Virus record (IMG/VR): IMGVR_UViG_3300037485_002668
Span: 35,245-99,244 of that record
Reading direction: 5' to 3' (one strand)
Length of the DNA stretch: 64,000 nt
Source: a virus
In this document: in pieces, positions 19,448-28,713 of the stretch
How the letters are laid out: each line of letters opens with the position of its first letter
Numbering within the stretch: the stretch's first letter is position 1
Notes under the pieces: model-generated
Seen by the model: the letters and a program-made list of their open reading frames with translations, nothing else
The model's database searches: none
What the model was told of the DNA's origin: nothing
Position numbers and translations under genes: made by a program

Positions 19448-21373
19448 TTAAATAATAGATTTGCTCAAATTGGTTTGTACGGCGGGCGCCGAGGACTTTT
19501 CAAGGTTCGGCGTAATTTTTGATTGCGGCGGATGTTCTTTTTCATAGGCGGAACTGAATGACGCGTGCAGGTCTAAAAGTTCAGTCAGCGCCATTTTCCC
19601 AAAAACCGTTTTGCGGGTGGCAACCAGTTCGGGATTGGTGTGGTCGAACATATTTAACAGACCGGCGAACGTCACCGTAGAATTTACCATTTCTTTGCGA
19701 AAAACGTCCAGCGCCGCGACCTGTTTCTTAATTTCCGGGAGGGGCTGGTCGGCAAAAATCTGATTCATTTCGGATTGAAAAGACTTGAGGGCAGTCAATT
19801 CCTGTTGAACTTGCTCGGGTGAAATGCCAGGGAAGGCTTTTTCAAAGTTGGCTTTGAACTCTTTGGCAGCGTCCCGCTCGGTAATGAGCATGGCAGCAGA
19901 CTTCGTAATTTCGTCCAACGCGGCCGTAAAATTCGGTTCCGTCAACTCGAATTCACGTTCCTGGATATTCAGAGCGGGAAGTGATAATTTCATCACGACT
20001 CCTGTATTAGTTAATGATTTTTCTTCTTTGGCTTTATGCGCCAAAAGATGATTTTCAGCTTTTTTTCTTAAATCTTCGGTAGAAACATTGGAACTTACAG
20101 CTTTAACCTGACCCATGCGCGCCAGCGCGTTATTGAAATGCGAGGCGTCCAGCGTGCCGCCGGTACCAGCGGCGCCATTGCCTTTGGCGTGATGGGGTAA
20201 ATGGCGGGCATTGCGGGGGGCGGTCAAACCATCGGCGTCTTTATCCAGGCCGGGTTCGACGGCGGCAAAACAATTGTCTTCCAGGGTATTAATATAGGCG
20301 GCTGACCACTGGGCTTTTTCGGCATCGGGGGTGACGCCGGCGGCGGCCAGGTCGAACATTTCGTAATAGTAGGCCAGGGGATCAAAATCGGGCGGGGGGG
20401 GTTTAACGGCGGGCGGAGGCATTTCTTTAGCGACACTGGACAGGGATTCCAGGGTGCGGGCGACCACGGTTTGAATTAACGTTTCAGGGAAATCAACGCC
20501 AGGGAAATAACTTTTGGTAACCTGCGCCGCGATTTGAGCGCCGAGGCCGACACTGGAAGTTTCCAGACATTCGACTTCAGCGGCGTCGGAATTTTGAAAT
20601 TCACAAAACATTAATTTAGGGTTGTCGCTGTTTTTCTCATAAATTGGTTTGTAGACAGGGACCGTAAAGCCGACGCTCAAATATTTATTGATTCCCATAT
20701 CAATTAAGCGACATTCCGTTTTTTCATCTTCCGTCACGTTGGATTTATAAAATTTAGCCGTGGCGAAATAAATCGCGCCGTCCAAAGATTGAATAAACTG
20801 AAGACGTTCTTTAAAACCTTTTTTAGTACGGCCGGGGATCATAGCCAGGGCTTCGTCAACCGTATACGCTTTTAATTCCGAATGATAAAAAAGCCCATCG
20901 CCAGGATTAATCCGGTCATGACCCGTCAATTTTCCTTTGCCTACCAGGGTATCTGACAAAGATTGCAGCGCGTCTTTACGGAAACGATCGGCGGCGCGGT
21001 CGGGAAAATTATTGGCGACCTGAGTTTCCCAGGTACGAACCATTTCGGGGGTAATTTTATCCGGACGCGGCATAAAACTTTTAATAATTTCCCAATCCGT
21101 TTCAGTAACGTCCGTACCTTTAATCTGAAGGTCAAACGTTTTATCAATTCGTGAATTGGGAATGAAATCTTTTTTCGCATCTAGCATAGCGACATACTCC
21201 AGGCAATCGTTGGCGGAGGTGAAATAGTTACGAAATTCGGCGGCGTCAGGCGAGGTTCCTTTGGCGAATTGAATATGGCGACCGGGTTTGGTGATAATAC
21301 CTTCAAAGTTTAGCGGGGGGCCATAATAATCGTCAAAATAGAAATACCGTTCAGTCGATTCGATTAAACGCAT
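19448..21373 (-). CDS. Prohead protease / scaffold fusion
   Basis: DRAADRF...GKGKLTGHD and LSVGF...ETSSV protease-like motifs; coiled-coil C-terminus. Confidence 0.65.
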   Translation of the reverse strand: MRLIESTERYFYFDDYYGPPLNFEGIITKPGRHIQFAKGTSPDAAEFRNYFTSANDCLEYVAMLDAKKDFIPNSRIDKTFDLQIKGTDVTETDWEIIKSFMPRPDKITPEMVRTWETQVANNFPDRAADRFRKDALQSLSDTLVGKGKLTGHDRINPGDGLFYHSELKAYTVDEALAMIPGRTKKGFKERLQFIQSLDGAIYFATAKFYKSNVTEDEKTECRLIDMGINKYLSVGFTVPVYKPIYEKNSDNPKLMFCEFQNSDAAEVECLETSSVGLGAQIAAQVTKSYFPGVDFPETLIQTVVARTLESLSSVAKEMPPPAVKPPPPDFDPLAYYYEMFDLAAAGVTPDAEKAQWSAAYINTLEDNCFAAVEPGLDKDADGLTAPRNARHLPHHAKGNGAAGTGGTLDASHFNNALARMGQVKAVSSNVSTEDLRKKAENHLLAHKAKEEKSLTNTGVVMKLSLPALNIQEREFELTEPNFTAALDEITKSAAMLITERDAAKEFKANFEKAFPGISPEQVQQELTALKSFQSEMNQIFADQPLPEIKKQVAALDVFRKEMVNSTVTFAGLLNMFDHTNPELVATRKTVFGKMALTELLDLHASFSSAYEKEHPPQSKITPNLEKSSAPAVQTNLSKSII

Positions 21374-21379
21374 TTAGCA

Positions 21380-21709
21380 TTAGCGCTCCAGCGAAGGGAT
21401 ATCGGCGGTATCGGTAGTTTTTATGGCGGTTGGATTGGCATGAGTGACAATGGGTTTAAATTTTATTTTTTTTGGCGGGAAGGGCGGTGCTATTTTTTCA
21501 GGTTCGGGTTCAGAGACGGGTATTACTTTTGGCGGGAGGATCAATTCGGGCGGGGGTGGTTGGACAGGAAACAGGTCTTTGCGTTCCTTTTTCAATTTGG
21601 CGATGGCGGCTTCGGTTTCGAGTTCGAGTTGGCAGGGGGCGCAGTGAGTCCAGGGTGATTTGCCGGCGTGGTCGAACTCTTTTTTACAGCGTTTACAGAA
21701 GTCGAGCAT
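21380..21709 (-). CDS. Hypothetical zinc-ribbon, Pro-rich protein
   Basis: CKRC...CAPC. Confidence 0.55.
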   Translation of the reverse strand: MLDFCKRCKKEFDHAGKSPWTHCAPCQLELETEAAIAKLKKERKDLFPVQPPPPELILPPKVIPVSEPEPEKIAPPFPPKKIKFKPIVTHANPTAIKTTDTADIPSLER

Positions 21710-21798
21710 GTGAATTCCTTTCGGAAAAAAGTAAGATTCAAAGGCTTTAATTTAAATAATACGTAAAAGTTCCAAATTTTTACACTTTCTGTAATTTG

Positions 21799-21835
21799 GC
21801 CGTCAATCATAAGTCCACCCAGGCGGGCTGGGAGG
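21799..21835 (-). repeat. 37-bp junction element, copy 5
   Basis: GCCGTCAATCAT-AAGT-CCACCCAG-GCGGG-CTGGGAGG. Confidence 0.9.
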
Positions 21836-21968
21836 GGGAAAGTTTTTTTCGTGGATTTTAAAAATATTTTTATGGTGAAAAGTGAACGGGGCGTTAGTGT
21901 TTGGGGCTATTGGGGGTAAAAAAATGGTAGAAAAACGGGGGTCTTTGGAAAATAATCTAAGAAAAGAC

Positions 21969-21997
21969 TTGACTTTTTAGATTTTTATGCGTATATT
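21969..21997 (+). promoter_or_regulatory. Sigma70-type promoter for the plus-strand operon
   Basis: TTGACT-17 bp-TATATT; SD AGAGGAG before ATG 22051. Confidence 0.8.
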
Positions 21998-22050
21998 GTT
22001 AATGTAATAAGGAACGAAAGTTCACTGAAACCAAAAAGAGGAGCAAAACC

Positions 22051-22947
22051 ATGAAAATCGAACGAACAATCAAAAATGAAAAAGTAGAAATAGCAGTTTT
22101 CTACTTTCACACCATTCGCAATACAAACCAAATCATTGTACATCTGAATTCTGCCTGGTTTGAAAAAGAAATCATCGGCGAATACTTTTCCGAATATCAG
22201 GGCAAAAAAGGCGTTATTCGCATTGATTCTTTTGAAAACAAAAATACGATACGCTTGCGAACACTGACTGGGACTCCTGAGAAACAAACGATGGCTTTTT
22301 TGGTTTCCCCTGAGATGTCAAGTGAATTACAAGCGGCTTCATATAATTTTTTAAAAGCCAAAGAAGATAAAGAAAATCGAGAGAAGGCGTTCCTTGCTAC
22401 ATTAACAATCGAAAATTCAAATTTAATAGCTTATCATCAGGGTGCTGGGGATTATTCAAGCGACTCGGTTTATCTTTGTACGAAATATGAATTTGAAGGC
22501 GAAACAGGTCGCAAATCTTTTGACCTGACGAAAAGCCAAACCGAACATCTGTATGCGTTTACAGTCAAGTTTGCGCCAAACAATTTATATTATGATACTT
22601 ACGAAGTAGAGCTTAACGAAACGCAAAAAGCCGAATTACTTGCCCTTTTGAATGAAGGCAAAAAAGAAGATGACGCTATTCAAGATGAAAAGAATCGTTA
22701 CAATTTAATGAGTGAAAGTGGGAAACGGTTTTATCAGGCGCATAAGCAAGCAAAAAAGATGATGGCCGAATATGAAGGGTTAACTTATCGTTATTGTTTC
22801 GCTAATTGCCTGAGTGAGATAATTAAGATTCAAAAATTTAACAAGTTTCGCGATGCTCAGGCAAAAAAAGGTTTGGGTCAATGTTGGGAATGTGGTTGCT
22901 GGGTTCCTTTTAAACAACTGGACGAAACGGGTTATTGTGGATGCTAA
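22051..22947 (+). CDS. Hypothetical early protein with C-terminal Cys cluster
   Basis: 298-aa ORF, strong SD, CWECGC...YCGC. Confidence 0.8.
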   Translation: MKIERTIKNEKVEIAVFYFHTIRNTNQIIVHLNSAWFEKEIIGEYFSEYQGKKGVIRIDSFENKNTIRLRTLTGTPEKQTMAFLVSPEMSSELQAASYNFLKAKEDKENREKAFLATLTIENSNLIAYHQGAGDYSSDSVYLCTKYEFEGETGRKSFDLTKSQTEHLYAFTVKFAPNNLYYDTYEVELNETQKAELLALLNEGKKEDDAIQDEKNRYNLMSESGKRFYQAHKQAKKMMAEYEGLTYRYCFANCLSEIIKIQKFNKFRDAQAKKGLGQCWECGCWVPFKQLDETGYCGC

Positions 22948-22993
22948 TTCTCTAATTAATCATATTTTTAACAATCAAAAAAGAGGTGTTCAG

Positions 22994-23305
22994 ATGAAAC
23001 AAGTGATCAATAAGAAACTGTACAATACGGAAACGGCTGAAAAGCTGCATTCGTATACTTTTTCAAATACAGGTGATTTTCATTATATTTCGGAAAGCCT
23101 GTACAAAACGAAATACGGGAACTACTTTTTGGCAGGCACGGGTGGAGCGGCATCGAAATATGGGAAAGCCTGTGGAAATAATTCGATGAGCGGCGGCACT
23201 GCTATTACGCCGATGACGGTCACGGAAGCGATTCAGTGGTTGGAAGATCATGACGGTTCCGAAGTAATCGAAAATCATTTTGCGAGTGAAATTCAGGAAG
23301 CATAA
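22994..23305 (+). CDS. Hypothetical phage protein (MKQVINKKLYNTETA...)
   Basis: SD AAGAGGTG before ATG 22994. Confidence 0.8.
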   Translation: MKQVINKKLYNTETAEKLHSYTFSNTGDFHYISESLYKTKYGNYFLAGTGGAASKYGKACGNNSMSGGTAITPMTVTEAIQWLEDHDGSEVIENHFASEIQEA

Positions 23306-23367
23306 AGAATGGGCGGCTAACCACCGCCCGGAATAATGAACTGAAAATTTAAAAAAAGAGGTGTGAA

Positions 23368-23646
23368 ATGAAATATACAAAAAAACATTGGACTCAAGAC
23401 GGAAAACAAGAGACCATAACTACTTATGATAGTGATATGGTTAAAGAGGCAATTGATATATTTTATAGTAAAGGGAAGGTTTCTTTCGTGCACCGAAACG
23501 GGACAGTCACAACTCTTCATCGGTTCAAAAATGTTGTTGAATATTTCCATCCGGTAGACAATAGTGTAGACGGAGAAACAAAATTAGAAAAAATAGATGA
23601 GGGAACTATTGCAAGTTATTGTTCCGAACAATATCGAATTGGATAG
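23368..23646 (+). CDS. Hypothetical protein
   Basis: SD AAGAGGTG. Confidence 0.75.
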   Translation: MKYTKKHWTQDGKQETITTYDSDMVKEAIDIFYSKGKVSFVHRNGTVTTLHRFKNVVEYFHPVDNSVDGETKLEKIDEGTIASYCSEQYRIG

Positions 23647-23648
23647 AG

Positions 23649-23716
23649 TCTAATCCCCGGTCGTTTCGGGCGTGACCGACGGCCGGGGAGCTACTTAATT
23701 AACTTAATTTTAACTT
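23649..23716 (+). repeat. Repeat family 2, copy A (GC-rich hairpin plus AT-rich tail)
   Basis: TCTAATCCCCGGTCGTTTCGGGCGTGACCGACGGCCGGGGAGCTACTTAATTAACTTAATTTTAACTT. Confidence 0.9.
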
Positions 23717-23735
23717 TAAACAAGAGGGGCAAGCC

Positions 23736-24050
23736 ATGAAATTAGAGGTAATGACTCGCAAACAAATAATTAAAGAAGCCGGAGAAACTGAAAACGTTCG
23801 GTATTGTATCACAGTGGGGTGGGCAAACGGAGAATGGAGATGTACCTGGTTCGAAGAAAACGAACCGTGGGAAAATTATCAATTTTTTGATCGGGGACGT
23901 GCGGGTTATTCATCTGCAAATAGGCATGTTTTCTTGATCGATAAAAAAAATAAAAAAATTTATTGTATCGAATGTCCAAATAAAGATGGGATTGAAGAGG
24001 TTGAAAGCTTTGCAACCGGATATAGAAAAAGTTTTACATTCAAAAATTAA
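23736..24050 (+). CDS. Hypothetical protein
   Basis: SD AAGAGGGG; bracketed by the family-2 repeats. Confidence 0.75.
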   Translation: MKLEVMTRKQIIKEAGETENVRYCITVGWANGEWRCTWFEENEPWENYQFFDRGRAGYSSANRHVFLIDKKNKKIYCIECPNKDGIEEVESFATGYRKSFTFKN

Positions 24051-24116
24051 TCTAATCCCCGGTCGCTTCGGGCGTGGCCGATGGCCGGGGGCTACTAATT
24101 AACTTAATTTTAACTT
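24051..24116 (+). repeat. Repeat family 2, copy B
   Basis: TCTAATCCCCGGTCGCTTCGGGCGTGGCCGATGGCCGGGGGCTACTAATTAACTTAATTTTAACTT. Confidence 0.9.
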
Positions 24117-24126
24117 AAGGAGATAT

Positions 24127-24366
24127 ATGGGGAAAAAATGGCTTGTTTTGGAATCGGGTCTAATGCAATTAGATGACCCGTATAACTGGATTTTAAGAAA
24201 TAGTAAAGAAAAAAATCCCCATTCAATAATCAGATGGTTGCCACTACCTCAACCATTGAGTTCCATCGGGGGATTACCAAAGGATCTATTCGAAAAAAGT
24301 AATGCCGTAAAGCTTTTTTCGGATGAAGACCTCTGGTTGGAGACATTCGGGATAAAAGTCAGATAA
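24127..24366 (+). CDS. Hypothetical protein
   Basis: SD AAGGAG. Confidence 0.75.
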   Translation: MGKKWLVLESGLMQLDDPYNWILRNSKEKNPHSIIRWLPLPQPLSSIGGLPKDLFEKSNAVKLFSDEDLWLETFGIKVR

Positions 24367-24378
24367 CTAAACAAATCA

Positions 24379-24522
24379 TTGCAGGAACTCCCTGGCGTCT
24401 GTACCCGCGAACTGAATAGTGACGTCCTGCGTGATCTTGCCACGACTGACGTAATTTATGAATTGTTGAAAAAAATCAGCGGCAAGCCTTATTATGATTG
24501 GTTTGAAAAAATGAACACCCAC
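24379..24522 (+). repeat. 144-bp inverted copy of 37733-37876
   Basis: Manual alignment: 141/144 identical to the reverse complement. Confidence 0.95.
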
Positions 24523-24535
24523 AGATGGAGGTTTA

Positions 24536-24865
24536 ATGAATAAAAAAACAATCAGTACCAGGGGGTCGATAGCCCTGGCTGAATGGGTTCAAAAAACATT
24601 CGGTAATCGGAACCGAGGCATGGAAGCAATGATTTGGTTTATCAAGGCTATTTTGGACAAAACGGAGTTGTCTTTCAGTGACGAAGTATTAAAAGAAATC
24701 GCCCAACGGGTCGGGAATTTACCGGCCGAATTTTGGGCGGATATTGAAGTCATTGCGATTATGGTTGGCGGAACTAACGGAATACTAATCAAGACATTGG
24801 ATGTCAATGAATGCTTTGCCATGATGGTACGCATTCAAAAGTTAAAAGTAAACAGTGAAAAGTAA
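24536..24865 (+). CDS. Hypothetical protein
   Basis: SD GGAGGT. Confidence 0.7.
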   Translation: MNKKTISTRGSIALAEWVQKTFGNRNRGMEAMIWFIKAILDKTELSFSDEVLKEIAQRVGNLPAEFWADIEVIAIMVGGTNGILIKTLDVNECFAMMVRIQKLKVNSEK

Positions 24866-24917
24866 AGAGTTAAAAGTTAAAAGCAAACAGTAAAAATTTA
24901 AAATCAAGAGGTAAGTT

Positions 24918-25379
24918 ATGGCAAATTTAAGTGAAATGATTGATTCGGCTGTGTTTGGAACGCGGCCAAATAATGAACAGATTGAACCCGTTCCGGTTGA
25001 TCCGCAAACATGCCCAGCGTGTAACCAAAGAGCCGATGTTTATTTTGAAAAGAATATGTATTTTAAACATAATTGTGGTGCAAGGCTGGTTACGATTACC
25101 GATGGAAATGGCAATTATGGCGTTGCTTATGATCATCGTTATCGACATCACCGTGTATGTGGAAAAGTTTACGCATACGAGTTGGTGTTGAAATTAGATG
25201 ATAACCGTGGTTTAGGTTATGTTTACGGAACGCCGCCAATTGAAAGTTGTTATGGCGTTGGTGAAGACTCCTATTTATATTTGATAGGGGATACCCCTTT
25301 TGAACCTGCAAATAAGCCATTCTCGTATGTAAAGCGAATTGGCGAATTTGGCGATGGCCATTTCTTAATTCCAGAATAA
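24918..25379 (+). CDS. Hypothetical zinc-ribbon protein
   Basis: SD AAGAGGT; CPAC...HNCG. Confidence 0.75.
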   Translation: MANLSEMIDSAVFGTRPNNEQIEPVPVDPQTCPACNQRADVYFEKNMYFKHNCGARLVTITDGNGNYGVAYDHRYRHHRVCGKVYAYELVLKLDDNRGLGYVYGTPPIESCYGVGEDSYLYLIGDTPFEPANKPFSYVKRIGEFGDGHFLIPE

Positions 25380-25400
25380 TCCTGCAATAACTTATCGAGT

Positions 25401-25435
25401 AAAAAAAAGCCTCGCGGTTTGCGAGGCTTTTTTTT
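25401..25435. terminator. Bidirectional intrinsic terminator between convergent operons
   Basis: A8-GCCTCGC-GGTTT-GCGAGGC-T8. Confidence 0.9.
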
Positions 25436-25436
25436 G

Positions 25437-26366
25437 CTATTTAGTGGGGGATTTGAGGGCGGAAAAAAGTTTTGTCAGGAATTTGGAAAAGGGTTCCTGT
25501 TTGCAGGCGACGGTCAGGTTGTCGGGGTTAGCCTTGGGGAACCAGTCGGGGGACTCGAAATTCCAGGCGGCGATTTTGACGTCGGTGCAGGCGGCCAGTT
25601 GGGTGATACCAGAATCCTTACCGAGGTATAGTTTGGCGTTAGCAATTAACCAAAGAATTTCGGGCAGGCTGGCGCGGTTGCGTAAATCGATGAACGGCGG
25701 CCAGATTTCGAGCAGGTCGTTATCGGTGAATACGGGGTGGTCGTTACCAACTAAGACGATGCTTTTGAATTCGTTTTGACAGCGGCGCAAGACCTGCAAG
25801 ATACGGAAAAGTTCCTCGAAGGTGACGTTCTTTTCGGGCATGTCGTAAGCCCGCAGGTGGAATACAATGTAGGGTTGCGGGGGGATTTCGGCGGGCGGCT
25901 GAGGTTGGAAACCGGGATTCAATTTCAGTCCGCAATGTTCGACCAGGTCCGTAAGTTCCGCGGCGACATTAAACAAAAATACGTTTTTTGCCAGGCGGTC
26001 GGGGTGGGTCGGGTCACGGGGAATGAAATTATGATTTAGCATATTCGGCCAAAAGAGTTTGTCGTAATGCAAGCGGCCTTCCAGGAGGTGACTAAGCTGC
26101 TCGGTGGTGGTCAGGATTACAGTTTCGGTTGGATTTTGCTGGCGGTAATATTCAAAAATCGTATTGATCCAAATCCGATCCCCCAGGCGGTTAAATTCCG
26201 TACTCATGGCAAAATACGTTTGGGCGTTGGGCAGGGTCGGATATTTTCTTTTGGCAATGACTAAATAGCATTGCATACACTGCCAGCAACGGTCGGCGTA
26301 AAAATATTCGTCACGGGCGGGGTAATCGACTTCTTTGCCGCATTCACTGCAATGGAACAGGGGCAT
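25437..26366 (-). CDS. GT-B glycosyltransferase, GT9 (heptosyltransferase)-like, with N-terminal zinc ribbon
   Basis: RLGDRIW; IDLRNRASLPEILWLIANAKLYLGKDSGITQLAA. Confidence 0.75.
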   Translation of the reverse strand: MPLFHCSECGKEVDYPARDEYFYADRCWQCMQCYLVIAKRKYPTLPNAQTYFAMSTEFNRLGDRIWINTIFEYYRQQNPTETVILTTTEQLSHLLEGRLHYDKLFWPNMLNHNFIPRDPTHPDRLAKNVFLFNVAAELTDLVEHCGLKLNPGFQPQPPAEIPPQPYIVFHLRAYDMPEKNVTFEELFRILQVLRRCQNEFKSIVLVGNDHPVFTDNDLLEIWPPFIDLRNRASLPEILWLIANAKLYLGKDSGITQLAACTDVKIAAWNFESPDWFPKANPDNLTVACKQEPFSKFLTKLFSALKSPTK

Positions 26367-26631
26367 TCGCAGGCTCCTCGGGTTTGGGGGTTACGGGTTC
26401 AGGATTAACGATAGTGGGTTTGGGATTCAATGGTTCATTTAGTTTATTAATAGCCGCGTTTAAATTTTCAAATTCCGTGATGATAATTTGAATGCACGTT
26501 TCCACCAGGCGATCCCGAATCAGGATTGAATCGGTGGGGAGTTTCAGCGCCAGATAATCGCCGGTATTTGGGATATAACGGTCATTCGATAAAATAATCA
26601 GGGCAGTTTTTAATTTTTGCGTATTTTTCAT
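26344..26631 (-). CDS. Hypothetical protein
   Basis: ORF track; likely ATG 26631. Confidence 0.55.
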   Translation of the reverse strand: MKNTQKLKTALIILSNDRYIPNTGDYLALKLPTDSILIRDRLVETCIQIIITEFENLNAAINKLNEPLNPKPTIVNPEPVTPKPEEPANAPVPLQ

Positions 26632-26640
26632 AAATTTCCC

Positions 26641-26669
26641 TTGACAATATAAAAAATTATGCTTACATT
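26641..26669 (+). promoter_or_regulatory. Sigma70-type promoter on the plus strand
   Basis: TTGACA-17 bp-TACATT. Confidence 0.6.
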
Positions 26670-26675
26670 TAAATG

Positions 26676-26773
26676 ACAAGTATTTTGTCAAATCCGGTCA
26701 ATTTGCAAAATGCTTGCATGGATAGAGTCCGGTGTATAAAGCCCTGTTTGTAAGAGTGCAAGCGGGGCTTTTT
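26676..26773 (+). ncRNA. Candidate ~100-nt small RNA
   Basis: Lies between the promoter and a plus-strand terminator (AAAGCCCTGTTTG...CAAGCGGGGCTTTTT); no ORF. Confidence 0.45.
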
Positions 26774-26789
26774 GCGATCAGTTGGCGTC

Positions 26790-26810
26790 CCACCCAGACA
26801 AGCCGGGTGG
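26790..26810 (-). repeat. Junction element, copy 6 (hairpin only)
   Basis: CCACCCAG-ACAAG-CCGGGTGG; box not recognisable. Confidence 0.7.
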
Positions 26811-26840
26811 AAACGGGGGCGGACTCTTGGTCAGGTTTGT

Positions 26841-27845
26841 TCAGGGACGCAGGGCGGAAATTTCGCCGGGGGTCCAGGGAACCTGATATGGCGACGGGCG
26901 ATTCCAGGGGGAATTGACCGGGATGCCGGTGACGGACCAGACGGGTTCCCGTTCGCAGCGACAATTCGGATGGGTATCGCTGACGGGATACGGGCCTTCA
27001 CCATGACGCCAGACCTGGCCATCCAGCGCAGCGCAAATTTGACAACAGCCGGCAAAAGCCCGCCATTGATCGTAAGGCACACCAGCGGCATCAGCCATGC
27101 GGTCGTAAGATGCGTTTAACTGAAGCTGCATTTCACTACGTACCGTGCGCATCCACCACCAGGATTGACCTTCCCCCACATTCAAATGTAACCAACGGGC
27201 GATTTCCATCGCATCCGCTTCCCGCTGCGCCATTTCAGGGAGTACCGATTTCAATAATTTAAAATAGTCTTTGCCAATTTTTTCACGCAGGCGACCCGCG
27301 GCGGCAAGACTGGCGGCGGTGAAATAGTCATCGGCGGAGGTAGGAACCACGGGCAGGAATGAATTGGGATCTTTCCATTCGGGTAAACTTTTTTGAATCA
27401 AATCATAAAACTTTTTCAGGCCATAGCTGAACATGGAAAACAGCCAGAACGCCAGGATTGCTTTCTCGGAACTGGACATATTATCTGAATTTTTCGCGCC
27501 GAGTAAGTCGGTTTGCCAATTATCCAGAATCCGTTTCAGGGCGGGTTCCGACATTTCGTCATATTCCCAGGGGTCGGCGGCTTTCTGAAAAGACGCGCGG
27601 ACGCGGTCGATGGCTGGCAGGCGGTACAATTTTAGTAAGTCAGTTTCGTATTCGGTGGTTTTATCCAGCAGGTCGGTTAGCAATTTGTTACTCATTTGGG
27701 ATACTTTTTTATCCGGATGCGGCGCGAGTAACAATTGCATTTCGGACGCGCTGGGTGTGGGTGCGTTGACTTTGGAATGAATACAAATGGCGGCGGGTTC
27801 GGGGATAATGAGTCCCTGAATGATGGAAAGGATACGGTCGTCCAT
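26841..27845 (-). CDS. Head morphogenesis / minor capsid protein (SPP1 gp7 / Mu F-like)
   Basis: RTVRSE...CCQICAALDG...HPNCRC. Confidence 0.85.
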   Translation of the reverse strand: MDDRILSIIQGLIIPEPAAICIHSKVNAPTPSASEMQLLLAPHPDKKVSQMSNKLLTDLLDKTTEYETDLLKLYRLPAIDRVRASFQKAADPWEYDEMSEPALKRILDNWQTDLLGAKNSDNMSSSEKAILAFWLFSMFSYGLKKFYDLIQKSLPEWKDPNSFLPVVPTSADDYFTAASLAAAGRLREKIGKDYFKLLKSVLPEMAQREADAMEIARWLHLNVGEGQSWWWMRTVRSEMQLQLNASYDRMADAAGVPYDQWRAFAGCCQICAALDGQVWRHGEGPYPVSDTHPNCRCEREPVWSVTGIPVNSPWNRPSPYQVPWTPGEISALRP

Positions 27846-27874
27846 GCGAAAATCCTTAAATTAATTTAATAAAT

Positions 27875-28702
27875 TCAGAATAAATTTCCTTGTTTTAAAA
27901 TCGGGTCTAAACGTTTTTTTATAATCTCGCAATATTCAGGGCTGATTTCGGAACCAATCCAGTTCCGTTTTAACTTAATTGCCATTTTCGCCGTGGTACC
28001 GCTGCCCATAAACGGATCGTAGATTAAATTTCCTTCGTTGCTCCAGCTTATAATGTGGTCGGCAGCAAGTTGTTCAGGGAATATGGCTGGATGCTCAAAA
28101 GCAATTTTGTCTTTACTAGTATTATTAAACGAAACAATATAACTCCAAATGTTTGATATACATTTATCATTTTGTTTTACTTGGTAAATGTGCCTATCCT
28201 TGCATCTACCGTTTTCATCTCTAATGGCGTGATAATTTTTCAATCTTTTGTCTGATTTAGGTTCTAAAATCAAATTCGTAACTAACGGAATCCCCTTCGA
28301 AAGTATGAACATAAACTCAAATAAATTTTTATACCTATTTGTAGACGGAACATTATTTGCAAGTTTATTATAAATCATCGTATCGTGGATATTAAACCCA
28401 ACCTGCCTGAAATAAATCTTCTGGTAAGAACTGGCTAAACTTTCCGACCCGTTTATGGTCATATCGCCAACCACCCATACCACCACGCCGCCCTCTTTGG
28501 TCACTCGGTAAAGTTCCTTCGCAATCGCTTTAAAATCCCAGGTATAACCTTTATAGGTACGGAAACCATTTTTCGGTATAGGGTTAAAATCGGCATCCAT
28601 ATCATCGTAAGGTGGACTGGTCACCGTTAAATCGATAAAATTATCCGGCATCCGTGCCATGGTGTCCAGACAATTTTCACAGTATACTTTATTGATTTCC
28701 AT
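27875..28702 (-). CDS. DNA methyltransferase, N4/N6 beta class
   Basis: TSPPY, HPAIFP, DPFMGSGTT. Confidence 0.92.
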   Translation of the reverse strand: MEINKVYCENCLDTMARMPDNFIDLTVTSPPYDDMDADFNPIPKNGFRTYKGYTWDFKAIAKELYRVTKEGGVVVWVVGDMTINGSESLASSYQKIYFRQVGFNIHDTMIYNKLANNVPSTNRYKNLFEFMFILSKGIPLVTNLILEPKSDKRLKNYHAIRDENGRCKDRHIYQVKQNDKCISNIWSYIVSFNNTSKDKIAFEHPAIFPEQLAADHIISWSNEGNLIYDPFMGSGTTAKMAIKLKRNWIGSEISPEYCEIIKKRLDPILKQGNLF

Positions 28703-28713
28703 ATTAAATCACT

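Noticed and set aside
24379-24522. DGR template repeat for the 37733-37876 segment
   Set aside because: Sense-strand differences are C/T and synonymous rather than at template adenines; no reverse transcriptase or Avd in the window.
24379-24522. Antisense RNA against the PP-loop gene
   Set aside because: Plus-strand transcription here gives the same sense as that mRNA; no minus-strand promoter was seen.
24838-24897. Degenerate AAAAGT(T) tandem run
   Set aside because: Short low-complexity A-rich tract with no evidence of function.
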